64,000 nt of DNA from an uncultured Gammaproteobacteria bacterium (GTDB taxonomy: Bacteria; Pseudomonadota; Gammaproteobacteria; CAWCPV01), in assembly GCA_963797555.1 (NCBI GenBank), contig CAWCPV010000007.1:416001-480000 (forward strand), written 5' to 3'. Under the pieces are notes generated by a model. That model did not search any database. It was not told the DNA's origin and worked only from the letters and a program-made list of their open reading frames with translations. A program made the position numbers and the translations under genes. Shown here in pieces: positions 1 through 8,878 of the stretch. Position 1 is the first letter of the stretch. The number at the start of each line of letters is the position of its first letter.

Positions 1-799
1 TAGACGCCGCTTGGAGTACCTCCTGGGTGTCGAGCCCCATGCGGTGGAAGATGATCGCGAGCTCGTTCATGAGCGCTATGTTGAGATCGCGCTGCGTGTT
101 CTCGATGACCTTGGCGGCCTCCGCTACGCGGATGCTGGGCGCCCGATAGACTCCCCGGCCGACCACCTGCTCGTAAAGCCAGGCCACTGCCTCCAATGTC
201 TCTTGGTCCTGGCCGGCCACCACTTTGACGATGGTCTGCAGGGTGTGCTCGCGGTCCCCCGGATTGATGCGCTCCGGGGAATAGCCCACCCGGAAACCGT
301 CGCCGCACTTCAAGCCGGAGGCCCTCTCCAGAACAGGCACACACACGTCTTCGGTGGCGCCGGGGTAGACCGTGGACTCGTAAACCACGATTCCCCCCCG
401 CTTCAGGTGCCTGCCGACGACCTCGCTCGCAGAACACACCTGTCGCAGGTCGGGCTGCTTGGCGAGGTCGATGGGCGTGGGGACGGCGACGATGACGAAG
501 TCCGCCTCGCGCAGCGAGGCCGGGTTATCGGTCCATATGGCGCGTGTGGCGGCCGCAAAATCCCCTGGCTCCATCTGGCCCGTCGGGTCGCGGCCTTCCC
601 GGTAGGCGCCCACCTTGGCCCCGTCCACGTCGTAGGCGATGGTGCGGAGCCGCCGACCGAAGGCCAACGCCAACGGCAGGCCGACGTATCCCAAGCCGAT
701 GACGGCGACGCTGGGCAGTCTGAGGGGTCGGTAACCGCCCGGGGGTGTTTGCGGCGAGTCGGGCCCGCTGGCGGGATTCGCAGTGTGCTGTTCGGCCAT
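1..799 (-). CDS. Nucleotide-sugar (UDP-GlcNAc/GalNAc-type) 6-dehydrogenase, runs off the window edge
   Basis: Minus-strand frame from ATG at 799 reads [14 protein letters not shown] (Rossmann), [18 protein letters not shown] and [22 protein letters not shown]. It is absent from the ORF track because there is no stop inside the window. Confidence 0.9.
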   Translation of the reverse strand, partial: MAEQHTANPASGPDSPQTPPGGYRPLRLPSVAVIGLGYVGLPLALAFGRRLRTIAYDVDGAKVGAYREGRDPTGQMEPGDFAAATRAIWTDNPASLREADFVIVAVPTPIDLAKQPDLRQVCSASEVVGRHLKRGGIVVYESTVYPGATEDVCVPVLERASGLKCGDGFRVGYSPERINPGDREHTLQTIVKVVAGQDQETLEAVAWLYEQVVGRGVYRAPSIRVAEAAKVIENTQRDLNIALMNELAIIFHRMGLDTQEVLQAAS

Positions 800-877
800 C
801 GGTCTGGCGTATACGGCTCGACGGTTCGGCTAGGGAACAAGCGAGCAGCCGACATCATAGCAGACGACCCGCAGCTC

Positions 878-1296
878 TGAAGACAAGCACCGGTTGGGCA
901 AGTCGCCTGCGTCCCAATCGTCCGTGTGTTAATTGCGGGCCTTCCATTCGACCCCATATTTCTGGGCGATACGCTTGTCTCCCGGACCCGTACACCCTCG
1001 ATCCCGCGCAACGGCTCGACAGAGCGGCGCTCCGGCGGCTTCTCCCCGAAACGCAGCTCGTACATCTTGCACACAACCCGAGACGCAGGGCAGGGTCCGA
1101 TGCCAACCTGGCCTGATGGAGAAGCCGGTCTGAGCGGGCGCCGCCGGGTTGCCCCGACGAGTCGAGCCGCACGCCGCGCTTGTCCACGACGACAAAAGCG
1201 CCATGCAGGACGTCGATTTGCCCCTTCTCCACGAACAGGACCGAGAGGTGCTCCTCGATGGGAATAGGTTTGAGCGGGGGGAAGCAGTGTCGTCAC
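878..1296 (-). pseudogene. cas1: Type I-E cas1 5' relic (internal deletion, frameshifts, in-frame stop, truncated)
   Basis: Fragments VEKGQIDVLHGAFVVVDKRGVR, SGQPGGARSDRLLHQARLA, KMYELRFGEKPPERRSVEPLRGIEGVRVR, AQKYGVEWKARN*HTDDWDAGDLPNRCLSS are collinear with E. coli-type I-E Cas1. Confidence 0.85.
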
Positions 1297-1721
1297 GGCG
1301 ACGGCCAGTCAGACAAGGCCATGAGATGCGGGCCGTTGCCTACCTTGCGTATATAGCCGGCGTCCGCCGTTATCATCAGACCGCCACGGGTCAAGGCCAG
1401 GGCGTGATAGCTGGCGGCGTAGAAGCTCACTGCGTGTGTCTCGGCGATGTTGAGTGTGGCTGTCTGCCACTGGGGCGAGGGTGTTGCAACCCACGGGTCC
1501 AGCAGCACCTGAAGCTGGCCTAGAGCTGTATCGGCATGCTCAGGCACTCGCCGAACGAGGATATTGCCGACCTCGAAATACCACAGAGCGGGAACCGTGA
1601 TCTGAAGACTACCATCCAGAGCCCCGTCCACGATGGCCGCCGCCTGCGCCTGATGTCCCTCATCCTCGTCACGCAGAACCCATTTGAGGATCACCGAAGC
1701 GTCGGGGACGACGACATTCAT
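1293..1721 (-). CDS. VapC-like PIN-domain toxin
   Basis: VVPDASVILKW ... FEVGN ... SFYAASYHALA ... MITAD. Coupled to the upstream antitoxin; its stop overlaps the cas1 relic start (ATGA). Confidence 0.85.
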   Translation of the reverse strand: MNVVVPDASVILKWVLRDEDEGHQAQAAAIVDGALDGSLQITVPALWYFEVGNILVRRVPEHADTALGQLQVLLDPWVATPSPQWQTATLNIAETHAVSFYAASYHALALTRGGLMITADAGYIRKVGNGPHLMALSDWPSP

Positions 1722-1945
1722 TGGTGACTGTCCCGATCCTCACGTACCCAGTCCTCGGTGCTGCCGGGGACCGGTTGGAGCGACTTACGCACGGCCTCGA
1801 TGGCTGCCCATGCCTCCCGCTGCCGGCGTTTGCGCAATGCGTCGGAAACGACCTCGTTCACCAGTTTGCTGCGTTCTCCGGGGGGCACCGTCTGGAGTTC
1901 CTCCCAGACCCGGTCATCCAGCATGATATTGACGCGATGGGCCAT
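1718..1945 (-). CDS. Ribbon-helix-helix-type antitoxin (VapB-like)
   Basis: MAHRVNIMLDDRVWEEL...RSKLVNEVV...EDWVREDRDSH; about 75 aa, 4-nt overlap with the PIN gene. Confidence 0.75.
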   Translation of the reverse strand: MAHRVNIMLDDRVWEELQTVPPGERSKLVNEVVSDALRKRRQREAWAAIEAVRKSLQPVPGSTEDWVREDRDSHQ

Positions 1946-2052
1946 GATATGCTCCGTGCTCAACAATCTACACATCCATTATACACACTCACAGCCTGCA
2001 CACCAGCAGCAGCGCGCAGCCCAAGGCTTTGGCGGGGCCGATGCCATTGAAC

Positions 2053-2375
2053 ATTTCAATCCGCGCCCGGCCGATTGGCCGGGCGATTCCTTCGGTGCGG
2101 CCCAGCAAATAGTAGTCTTTGCGGTTTCAATCCGCGCCCGGCCGATTGGCCGGGCGATTCCCGCGGGTGCGGTCGAGCACGTCGAGGTCACCATGTTTCA
2201 ATCCGCGCCCGGCCGATTGGCCGGGCGATTCCTCCGCAAGGGCAGCGTCGATTTCCTGTGACAATGTTTCAATCCGCGCCCGGCCGATTGGCCGGGCGAT
2301 TCGCGAACGTCCGCAGTCGGCTGACAGCATGCTCAGATGTTTCAATCCGCGCCCGGCCGATTGGCCGGGCGATTC
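2053..2375 (-). CRISPR. Type I-C CRISPR array, 5 repeats of 37 bp and 4 spacers (34, 34, 34, 36 bp)
   Basis: Repeat (minus) GAATCGCCCGGCCAATCGGCCGGGCGCGGATTGAAAC at 2053-2089, 2124-2160, 2195-2231, 2266-2302, 2339-2375. It has an internal hairpin and the ATTGAAAC 3' end. The leader-distal copy ends ATTGAAAT. Confidence 0.97.
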
Positions 2376-2553
2376 GCTGCGCTGGCAACGTCCGGTCCCG
2401 ACTGCGGAAAAATGCAGGAGTGCGCGAACCGCGCGGTCGGGGCTGGGGCCGGAAGGGTTGCCAGGGCGAAGGTAATGCTCAGGTTGTTAAAGATCATCGA
2501 GTTAGCAGAAGCGCGAACCTGCCGTCGGAACGCCGTCGCTCCAGGTTCGCGCA
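2376..2553 (-). promoter_or_regulatory. CRISPR leader
   Basis: Non-coding stretch between cas2 and the first repeat, with GCGCGAACC / GGTTCGCGC motifs at 2422, 2511 and 2544 as often seen in I-C leaders. Confidence 0.75.
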
Positions 2554-2844
2554 TCATACGAGGAGGGGGCCTTCGAAATCAACGGAGCGGAATACGCCGT
2601 ACTGCTTGACGCGGACCTCGGCGGGCTCGGTGATGCGGTAGAAGCGGAGGTTGTCTTCGGTTTCTTCAATCTCGGCCAGCAGCGCCCGCTCCAGTTGCTC
2701 GAACTGCATGTCGTTGACCTGGCACTCGAATACCGATTTCTGCACGCGCTGGCCCATGCTCTCGCATACCTTGGCGACACGGCGCAGCCGCCGTCGGCCC
2801 GCGGGAGTTTCGGTGGAGACATCATAGGCGACTATGATCAGCAT
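2554..2844 (-). CDS. cas2: CRISPR-associated Cas2
   Basis: [41 protein letters not shown]. Confidence 0.97.
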   Translation of the reverse strand: MLIIVAYDVSTETPAGRRRLRRVAKVCESMGQRVQKSVFECQVNDMQFEQLERALLAEIEETEDNLRFYRITEPAEVRVKQYGVFRSVDFEGPLLV

Positions 2845-2856
2845 GGCGGGCCCGGG

Positions 2857-3891
2857 TCACTTGGCGAGGAATGGCAGGTAGCCGTCCATCTCGCCGCGCA
2901 GCGTGCGGGCCATGAAACGGGCCTGGACAAAGGGCAGCAGGGCGAGCGGCAACCGGGATTCCAGCAGGGGATGGGTGATTTCCTCCTGCTTGCGTTCCTG
3001 CCAGGCGGTGACGACCGTCCGGCGGCCCTTCTCGTTGAGCAGGACGGCGCCGCCCTCGCGTGCATCGAAGTCGTCCGCCGTGACCTGGCCTCGGTTGATC
3101 AGGGTGAGGGCCAGCCGGTCGGCGAGGATGGAACGAAACTCCTCTTGGAGGTCCAACCCAAGGGCTGCACGACCGGGGCGCACGGCGTGGAGGAAGCCCA
3201 GTTGGGGGTCGAGGCCCACGGATTCGACGCCGGAGCGGCAGTCGTTCATGAGCATGGCGTAGAGGAAGGAGATGAGAGCATTGAACCGATCCCGGGGCGG
3301 CCTGCGGGTGCGGCCGTTCAGGGCGAAGTCGGTTCTCGCCTGAGGTTTGACGATTAGGTTCAAGGCGGCGAAATAGCCCCGTGCCGCCTCGCCTTCCACC
3401 CCGCGCAGCGCGTCCAGGTCGGACGCGACGGCGGCCGAGCGAAGCGATGCCGCCAGGTCGTCGGCGGAGCGAGTCAGGGCTTGCGCCTCGCCGGTGTCCG
3501 CGGCCTCCCGCGCACCGCGCAGTACGACCGACCGGCTGTTCTTCAGCTTGGCGGCCACGATGCAGCGGGCGAATTCCAGCGTGAAGGCTGGGTCGCCCGC
3601 TGCGCGGTGCTGGGCCTGGCGCAGCAGAATGTTTCCGGAGACCGGACCCTCCAGCCGTGCCTTGAAACGGCCCGAGTCGTCCAGCAGGACGAGACTTTTC
3701 CCCTCGTCCGCCAATCGGTGCATGAGCGCCGGCGAGACCAGCACATTGCCAAAGCAGACGATGCCGCCAAGGTGGTGCAGGGGGACTTGGAGGCGTTTCT
3801 CCCGCTCCACGTCGATGCGCACCGTGTTGTTCTCCAGGTGCGCGTAGGCGTTGGGAGTCATCACGTAAAGGGTGTTCTGGATAGTGTGCAT
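2857..3891 (-). CDS. cas1: Type I-C Cas1 integrase
   Basis: NTLYVMTP, LRGVEGEAARGYF, RRPPRDRFNALISFLY, GLDPQLGFLH, DLQEEFR; intact 344 aa. Confidence 0.97.
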   Translation of the reverse strand: MHTIQNTLYVMTPNAYAHLENNTVRIDVEREKRLQVPLHHLGGIVCFGNVLVSPALMHRLADEGKSLVLLDDSGRFKARLEGPVSGNILLRQAQHRAAGDPAFTLEFARCIVAAKLKNSRSVVLRGAREAADTGEAQALTRSADDLAASLRSAAVASDLDALRGVEGEAARGYFAALNLIVKPQARTDFALNGRTRRPPRDRFNALISFLYAMLMNDCRSGVESVGLDPQLGFLHAVRPGRAALGLDLQEEFRSILADRLALTLINRGQVTADDFDAREGGAVLLNEKGRRTVVTAWQERKQEEITHPLLESRLPLALLPFVQARFMARTLRGEMDGYLPFLAK

Positions 3892-3931
3892 GAGGCTATA
3901 CTGCGTACCTAACTGTGTCTAGGAGCGTGTC

Positions 3932-4237
3932 ATGGATTTCGTTACGGTGCGTGAGCTGCGGGCCGAGTCGGCCAAGGTATGGGCCAAGATCGAGGCTGGC
4001 GAGGAGGTGGTCATCACCCGCCATGGCAAGCCATTCGCCTTGTTGGTGAACACCAATCCCGAAGATCTGGAAAATACGTTGCGTGCCATACGCGGCGAGC
4101 GTTTCGCGGCCAACGTGCGCAAGCTGCAGGCGGTTGCGGTGCAGCAGGGCCTGGACAAGATGACCATGGAGGACATCGACGCCGAGATCGCGGCAGCACG
4201 CAGGGAACGGCGCGGGCGGGATGCGGGCGGTCGTTGA
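3932..4237 (+). CDS. Phd/YefM-family antitoxin
   Basis: MDFVTVRELRAESAKVW...EEVVITRHGKPFALLV...MTMEDIDAEIAAAR. Confidence 0.85.
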   Translation: MDFVTVRELRAESAKVWAKIEAGEEVVITRHGKPFALLVNTNPEDLENTLRAIRGERFAANVRKLQAVAVQQGLDKMTMEDIDAEIAAARRERRGRDAGGR

Positions 4238-4622
4238 TACGAACGTCCTGGTTTCGGCGCTCGTCAACCCGGGCGGCACGCCGGGACGGCTGGTCGATGA
4301 AATCCGCACCCTCGCGCTGACGCCGGTGGTGAACGCGGCCATCCTGGCCGAATACTCGGAGGTACTGCGACGCCCGCGTTTCAACTTCCCGGATGGCCAG
4401 GTGCATGCGCTGCTGGATGATCTGGCCGCGCTGGCCTTCCATATTCGCCCCGAGGCCGTGGTTCCCGCCGATCTGCCGGACCCCGACGACGCCCCCTTCA
4501 TCGCCACTGCCTTGGCGGCGGGCTGCCCCATCGTCACCGGCAACGTGCGCCACTTTCCCGCCGATTGTGGCCTGAGAATCCTGAGCCCGGCGCAGTGCCT
4601 GGAACGCCTGCTCATGGGCTGA
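4221..4622 (+). CDS. PIN-domain toxin (VapC-like)
   Basis: MRAVVDTNVLVSAL ... LAEYSEVLRRPRF ... DPDDAPFIATALA ... IVTGNVRHF. Overlaps the antitoxin gene and is inverted relative to the cas genes. Confidence 0.9.
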   Translation: MRAVVDTNVLVSALVNPGGTPGRLVDEIRTLALTPVVNAAILAEYSEVLRRPRFNFPDGQVHALLDDLAALAFHIRPEAVVPADLPDPDDAPFIATALAAGCPIVTGNVRHFPADCGLRILSPAQCLERLLMG

Positions 4623-4710
4623 CGCCTTCGTCATCGTCGGCATACAACGCCTCGGCCAGGCGCTTCAGATGCGCCGTTCCGGCCAGCGCCTCGACTGGCA
4701 AGATGATCTC
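4612..4710 (-). pseudogene. Probable 3'-end relic of a third cas4
   Basis: Minus strand ATCTTGCCAGTCGAGGCGCTGGCC resembles cas4 ATCTGCCAGCCCGAGGCGCTGGCG (ICQPEALA) and continues EALAGTAHLKRLAEALYADDDEG. Confidence 0.5.
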
Positions 4711-4802
4711 GAACAGTTGCACAGGTTGACCGCGCGAACATCGTGTCGGTCTGAGCCGAGAGGGATCCTGCATTCCGAGGTGATTGCCAAACGTCCCATC
4801 CC

Positions 4803-5428
4803 CTATTCCTCCACGCTGAACAGCCCCGCTCGCACCGCTGCCTGTCTGGCTTTGTCCGCCAGCGCCTCGGGCTGGCAGATGTCCTTGAGAGAACACTCCC
4901 GGCAGCGGGCATCGTTCACCGGCGGGGGCAGCCGGCCGGAGGCCAACACCGCGCGAATGGCCGCCACGGCTTCCTCCACTTTGACGCGCAATGCAGGGGT
5001 GACCTCCACCTCCCGTCTGCGGCGGCTGGAGGCGTGATAGATCGCGCCTCGCGGCACCGGTTTTCCGGTCATCTCTTCGATGCACATGGCCTGGGCGGCG
5101 AGTTGCAGGTCGTCATGGGTCCTCTGCCGCTTGCGCCCGTGCTTGTATTCCACCGGATAGATGCGGCCGTCAGGGTGGAACTCCACGATGTCGGCCTTAC
5201 CCGTCAAGCCGAGCCGGTCGGACCAGAGGGGGAGGGCCCGCTCGATTCTCACTCCAGCCCCATCACTTCATATCGGGGTTCGTCCACCAGCCGATGCACT
5301 GCTTGTCCTCGCATGGTGTGCACGTTGTCCTCGAAGTCTTGCTCGACGTGGATCAAGGCGCACTGCCGCGGGCAGTAAGCCCAGTGCTGGATGGCGGAGA
5401 GGGAGATGGGGTCGGCAGTCTCATTCAC
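4803..5428 (-). CDS. cas4: Cas4 (copy B), one frameshift near 5250
   Basis: GTG start; ISLSAIQHWAYCPRQCALIH, GKADIVEF...YPVEYKHG, DDLQLAAQAMCIEEM, CRECSLKDIC. The break lies in a G run. Confidence 0.9.
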
Positions 5429-5792
5429 CTTTGTGTCCCGCCTGCAGTGGCCGCAGCCGGGTGCCTTCACGGCCGACAACCGCGAAGTAGCCCTCCGGCG
5501 TTTCGGGCAGGGCGCGCAAGGCCGCCTCCAGAACATCTTCCGCGATGATCGGATGCATGCGGAAATAGAGGATGGCCACCGGCGCCGGTGCGCCGTGGAA
5601 AAACACCAGATCGCCGAAGTCGGCGTCGAAGGTGAGCAGTCGACGGCTCGTTTGGCGGGCGAGTTCGAGGACAGCGCGGTCGTTGATGCCCGGTGAGGTT
5701 CGAGCGACGGACAGGACATCGTAGCCCGCTGCCGAAAGCGCGTCTATTACCGATCCGGGGAAATTCTCGTCAGCCAGGACCGCAAGCGTCAC
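5421..5792 (-). CDS. DUF5615 PIN-like toxin
   Basis: LADENFP...GYDV...GINDRAVLELA...LLTFDADFGDLVF; its stop overlaps the cas4B start. Confidence 0.85.
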   Translation of the reverse strand: MTLAVLADENFPGSVIDALSAAGYDVLSVARTSPGINDRAVLELARQTSRRLLTFDADFGDLVFFHGAPAPVAILYFRMHPIIAEDVLEAALRALPETPEGYFAVVGREGTRLRPLQAGHKGE

Positions 5793-6043
5793 CGGGCGAC
5801 GTCTCCGGACTCGGCGACCGCCTTCATGATGAAAGTCTCATCCTTCAGGCAATCGCGAACGAACGCGAAAACTGCCTGTAGATCCTCTTGAGTCAGGTGC
5901 GGATAGCTTTCCAATATCTGCGCTTCGTTCCACCCCGAGGCCATCAGGTCAAGAATGAACTCTACCCCGATACGGGTGCCCCGTATGCGAGGCTTGCCGA
6001 ACAAGGTTTCGGGGTCGGTCACGATGCGGCCATGCCAGTCCAT
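5789..6043 (-). CDS. DUF433 antitoxin
   Basis: RIVTDPETLFGKPRIRGTRIGVEFILDLMASGW...ILESYPHLTQEDL. Confidence 0.9.
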   Translation of the reverse strand: MDWHGRIVTDPETLFGKPRIRGTRIGVEFILDLMASGWNEAQILESYPHLTQEDLQAVFAFVRDCLKDETFIMKAVAESGDVAR

Positions 6044-6192
6044 ATGAACACCTCCTTCTCAGTGTCGTGGGCGGCGCAGCTACGAGGTCACCGCTTGCTC
6101 CCGCCAGTTCGTCGTCGAAAACCACAGTGTAGCTCCGAGAGCGGAAGACAGTCTTATGGCCGACGGTGCCCAGACTGGGTTTCGGGGCAGCC

Positions 6193-6399
6193 TCATGCCA
6201 TCCGTACCTCCTCCCGGCCGATGTGCAGGCAGATCAGGTCAGGGGTCTCGCCTGCCTCAAAATGGCAGCGCACCGCGTCCCGCACCTGGGCATACAAAGC
6301 CTCCAGGTCGTCCGCCTCGGTGAAGATGTCCGCACCGACGGCGCGAGCAACAAAGCCACCGTCGGGGGCCTCTTCGGCGATGAAGTGGATTTCGACCAT
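6193..6399 (-). CDS. Short HicB-like antitoxin; its partner is reduced to an MRLPRN stub
   Basis: EIHFIAEEAPDGGFVARAVGADIFTEADDLEALYAQVRDAVRCHF. The stop overlaps an ATG at 6196 reading MRLPRN, a HicA-like start that then degenerates. Confidence 0.65.
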   Translation of the reverse strand: MVEIHFIAEEAPDGGFVARAVGADIFTEADDLEALYAQVRDAVRCHFEAGETPDLICLHIGREEVRMA

Positions 6400-6443
6400 T
6401 GAATTCTTCCAAATAGGTGAGATTACCCGTGAAAGGGTACGGC

Positions 6444-6656
6444 TTAGCGCTCATGTAGCTCGTCTCGGCTGCACTTCAGCAGCGCCGCATCTGCCCGGAA
6501 CTGGTCGAAAAAGGCCTGGAGTTGTCGGCGCCGGGTCTCCCGGTCTTCCGAAAGCTGAGTGGGGATCAGCACCACCTCGACGGGCTGATTCAGCAACGCC
6601 TCGGGCACCTCCACGGTAACCTCGCGGCTGGTTGGGGTGACAGTCTGCGACCACAT
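6444..6656 (-). CDS. Small putative antitoxin; its partner is reduced to an MSAKP stub
   Basis: 70 aa with VEVPEALLNQPVEVVLIP, ending SRDELHER*. It overlaps an ATG at 6454 (MSAKP), the usual VapB/VapC junction, but no DTN PIN motif follows. Confidence 0.6.
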   Translation of the reverse strand: MWSQTVTPTSREVTVEVPEALLNQPVEVVLIPTQLSEDRETRRRQLQAFFDQFRADAALLKCSRDELHER

Positions 6657-6674
6657 GACGGGCTCTTTACGCGC

Positions 6675-6860
6675 ACAGGATGTTAGTTCGACACCGGCAT
6701 ACTGGTCCAGTTTTCCAGCGGGCGGGGCGACACCTTGGAATCCGCGAAATCGCGCGCCGGGCGGGTCTTGTCCTGCCACTCGAGGCGGATAAGCTCGAAG
6801 AGTTGTACAGGTTGCGGAGAGGTGTCCCGCTTTCCGAGGTCATTGCCATACGTCCCGCCG
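6675..6860 (-). pseudogene. Possible 3'-end relic of a different cas7c allele
   Basis: Reads LFELIRLEWQDKTRPARDFADSKV then, after a frameshift, APPAGKLDQYAGVELT. This resembles Cas7c C-termini; the resident Cas7 ends [26 protein letters not shown]. Confidence 0.5.
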
Positions 6861-6862
6861 CG

Positions 6863-7501
6863 CTATTCCCCCACGTTGAACAGCCCCGCTCGCACCGCCT
6901 CTTGCCTGGCTCTGTCTGCCAGCACCTCGGGCTGGCAGATTTCCTTCAGGGAACATTCCCGGCACCGGGCATCGTTTACCGGCGGGGGTAGCCGGCCGGA
7001 CGCCAGCATCTGCCGGATGGCTCCCACCATATACTCGACCTGCCTGCGTAGTTCCGGCGTGACGGCCACTTCCCGCCGTCGGCGGCTGGTGGCGTGAAAA
7101 ATCGCCCCGTGCGGGACGGGGCGGCCCGACATCTCTTCCAAGCACAACGCTTGGGCGGCAAGCTGGAGGTCGTCGTTGAGCCATTTCCGCCGCGGGCCGT
7201 GCTTGTACTCGACGGGATACACCGTGCCGTCGGGCCAGAACTCCACCACGTCGCACTTGCCCACGAGACCGATCCGGTCCGACCAGATGTTCAGTGCATA
7301 CTCGACGCGCGCCCCTTCACGGGAGGTTTCATGGGCGACCCGGTCCACCCGATCGTGCTCGGCGTTGCCGCGCAGTGTGTGGATATTCTCCTCGAATTCG
7401 CCCTCCAGGTAGATCAGACCGCAGCGCCTGGGACAATAGGCGTACTGGTTGAGTGCGGAGACGTTGATGAGGTCCGTTTCCTGTTGCACGGCCAAACGCA
7501 C
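6863..7501 (-). CDS. cas4: Cas4 (copy A), intact
   Basis: SALNQYAYCPRRC, GKCDVVEF...YPVEYKHG, DDLQLAAQALCLEEM, CRECSLKEIC. The true start may be the GTG near 7489. Confidence 0.95.
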   Translation of the reverse strand: MRLAVQQETDLINVSALNQYAYCPRRCGLIYLEGEFEENIHTLRGNAEHDRVDRVAHETSREGARVEYALNIWSDRIGLVGKCDVVEFWPDGTVYPVEYKHGPRRKWLNDDLQLAAQALCLEEMSGRPVPHGAIFHATSRRRREVAVTPELRRQVEYMVGAIRQMLASGRLPPPVNDARCRECSLKEICQPEVLADRARQEAVRAGLFNVGE

Positions 7502-8477
7502 TCAGCCAAGACGGACCAGCTCCACGCCCGGCGGCAGGCGATCCTTGTGCACGTTGACGACATAATCCGAGAAGGCACGAGACGAGCTACCGAGGCCCTC
7601 GCGGTGGTCGATCTCGATGATGGCACCGGGCACGGTCCGCTTGGGCGTCGAGTAATCCAGCAGGCGATGGGCTGGGGCGCAGCCGAGCATGGCCTCACGC
7701 ACGCGCTGGTTCGGATCGCTGTCGGTGCCGACGTGCTTGAAGGCGTAAAGCCCTCGGCAGGACATCATGCCCTTGGACGCGGAGCGGTCGTGGTCCCACA
7801 TATTGGCGAGTGCTTCCCAGAAGTGCTTGAGATCTGTCGTCGGAAAAACCCGTGCCCTTGGCGAGGTGGGCGGAGATGAAGCCTTTGCACGCGTAAAGGC
7901 CATAGGGGATAAGCGCCTTGCGGCCCATGGTACGGAGCTTGTCTTCCTCCTGCTCGTTTTCCCATTTTTCGTAGTCGGCAACCGTTTTCGCGTCTTTCAC
8001 TTTCTCCGCCACCGCCATCCGCGTGATAGATGCGTCTATAGGTAGGATGGGATCGACGGAACGGGAGAACGCTACCTGGACCGGGCCGCGCACTTGGCCG
8101 GCGTTGGGTCCGGTGGACATGACGGCGCCAAAAGTGCGTACGTCGAAGAAGTGCTGGCACATCCAGTCGCGCGCGTTCCCGACCTGCGTGCGGTTGGCTC
8201 CGCCACCGGGCGCCCCTGCTGTGGCCACATGGGCAGCGGTGATGGGTTTATTTAGGTTTGTTGCATGCTCCACGAAGACAGCGTTGGGCGCCGTATTATG
8301 AAAGGCCGTCTGGATGTAGTTCCGCACCCGCCGCTTGATAGCGACATCGGACACTAGGCCATGCATGTCCTCTGGGTCGATGCGTGGGCTGTTACCCGCG
8401 TCGGGATCGCCGTTCGGGTTGCCGTTCTCGCAGTCAAAGAGATAGAGGAACTCGTATCGGTTCTGAATGGCAGTCAT
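7502..8477 (-). CDS. cas7: Type I-C Cas7 (Csd2), frameshift near 7840
   Basis: [58 protein letters not shown], then in the next frame [17 protein letters not shown]. Confidence 0.95.
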
Positions 8478-8878
8478 TTGGTTTCTCCCTGTTCGGAATC
8501 TGTTTCTGGCGTCTGGTCGGACTTGCTGCCGGCGCGCAGGGTAGCGAGCTGCTGGTAGTAACCCAGGGCGAACAAGCCCTGGCCTTCGAGGTCGAGGATC
8601 CGCGGCGCGCCGTCGCCCAGGCGGCTCATGACCTCCGCGATGCGTCCCTCGTACCACCAGGCCAGTCCCGCTTCGAGTTTGCCGAGGTGGTTGCGGGCGT
8701 TGGCTATAAGTCGGCCGAGGATGAGGCCGGGCGTCTGGCTGGCAGCGGCATAGTAGCGCTGCACCACGCCTGCCCCCACGTCGCCCAGCGCCGCGCGCTG
8801 GAGGTTGGCAAGCACGGCCAGCAGGCGCCCGCAGTGGTAGGCGGAGGCCGGGTGGTCGGGGTTGAGATAAGCGGTCAT
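8474..8878 (-). CDS. cas11: Cas11c small subunit from an internal start in cas8c
   Basis: GGAGGT ribosome-binding site about 9 nt before ATG 8878, giving [23 protein letters not shown]. This matches the known internal translation start of I-C cas8. Confidence 0.7.
   Translation of the reverse strand: MTAYLNPDHPASAYHCGRLLAVLANLQRAALGDVGAGVVQRYYAAASQTPGLILGRLIANARNHLGKLEAGLAWWYEGRIAEVMSRLGDGAPRILDLEGQGLFALGYYQQLATLRAGSKSDQTPETDSEQGETK

Noticed and set aside
11-880. 289-aa plus-strand ORF
   Set aside because: Antisense shadow of the nucleotide-sugar dehydrogenase.
1979-2052. Possible extra degenerate repeat or CreA-like mini-array beyond the last repeat
   Set aside because: No recognisable repeat similarity by eye; the region fits the TA promoter (TATAAT on the minus strand). 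No other repeat-like copy was seen near the cas genes, though a sensitive search was not possible.
1758-2641. ORFs with repeated FQSAPGRLAGRF / FNPRPADWPGDS peptides
   Set aside because: These are translations of the CRISPR repeats.
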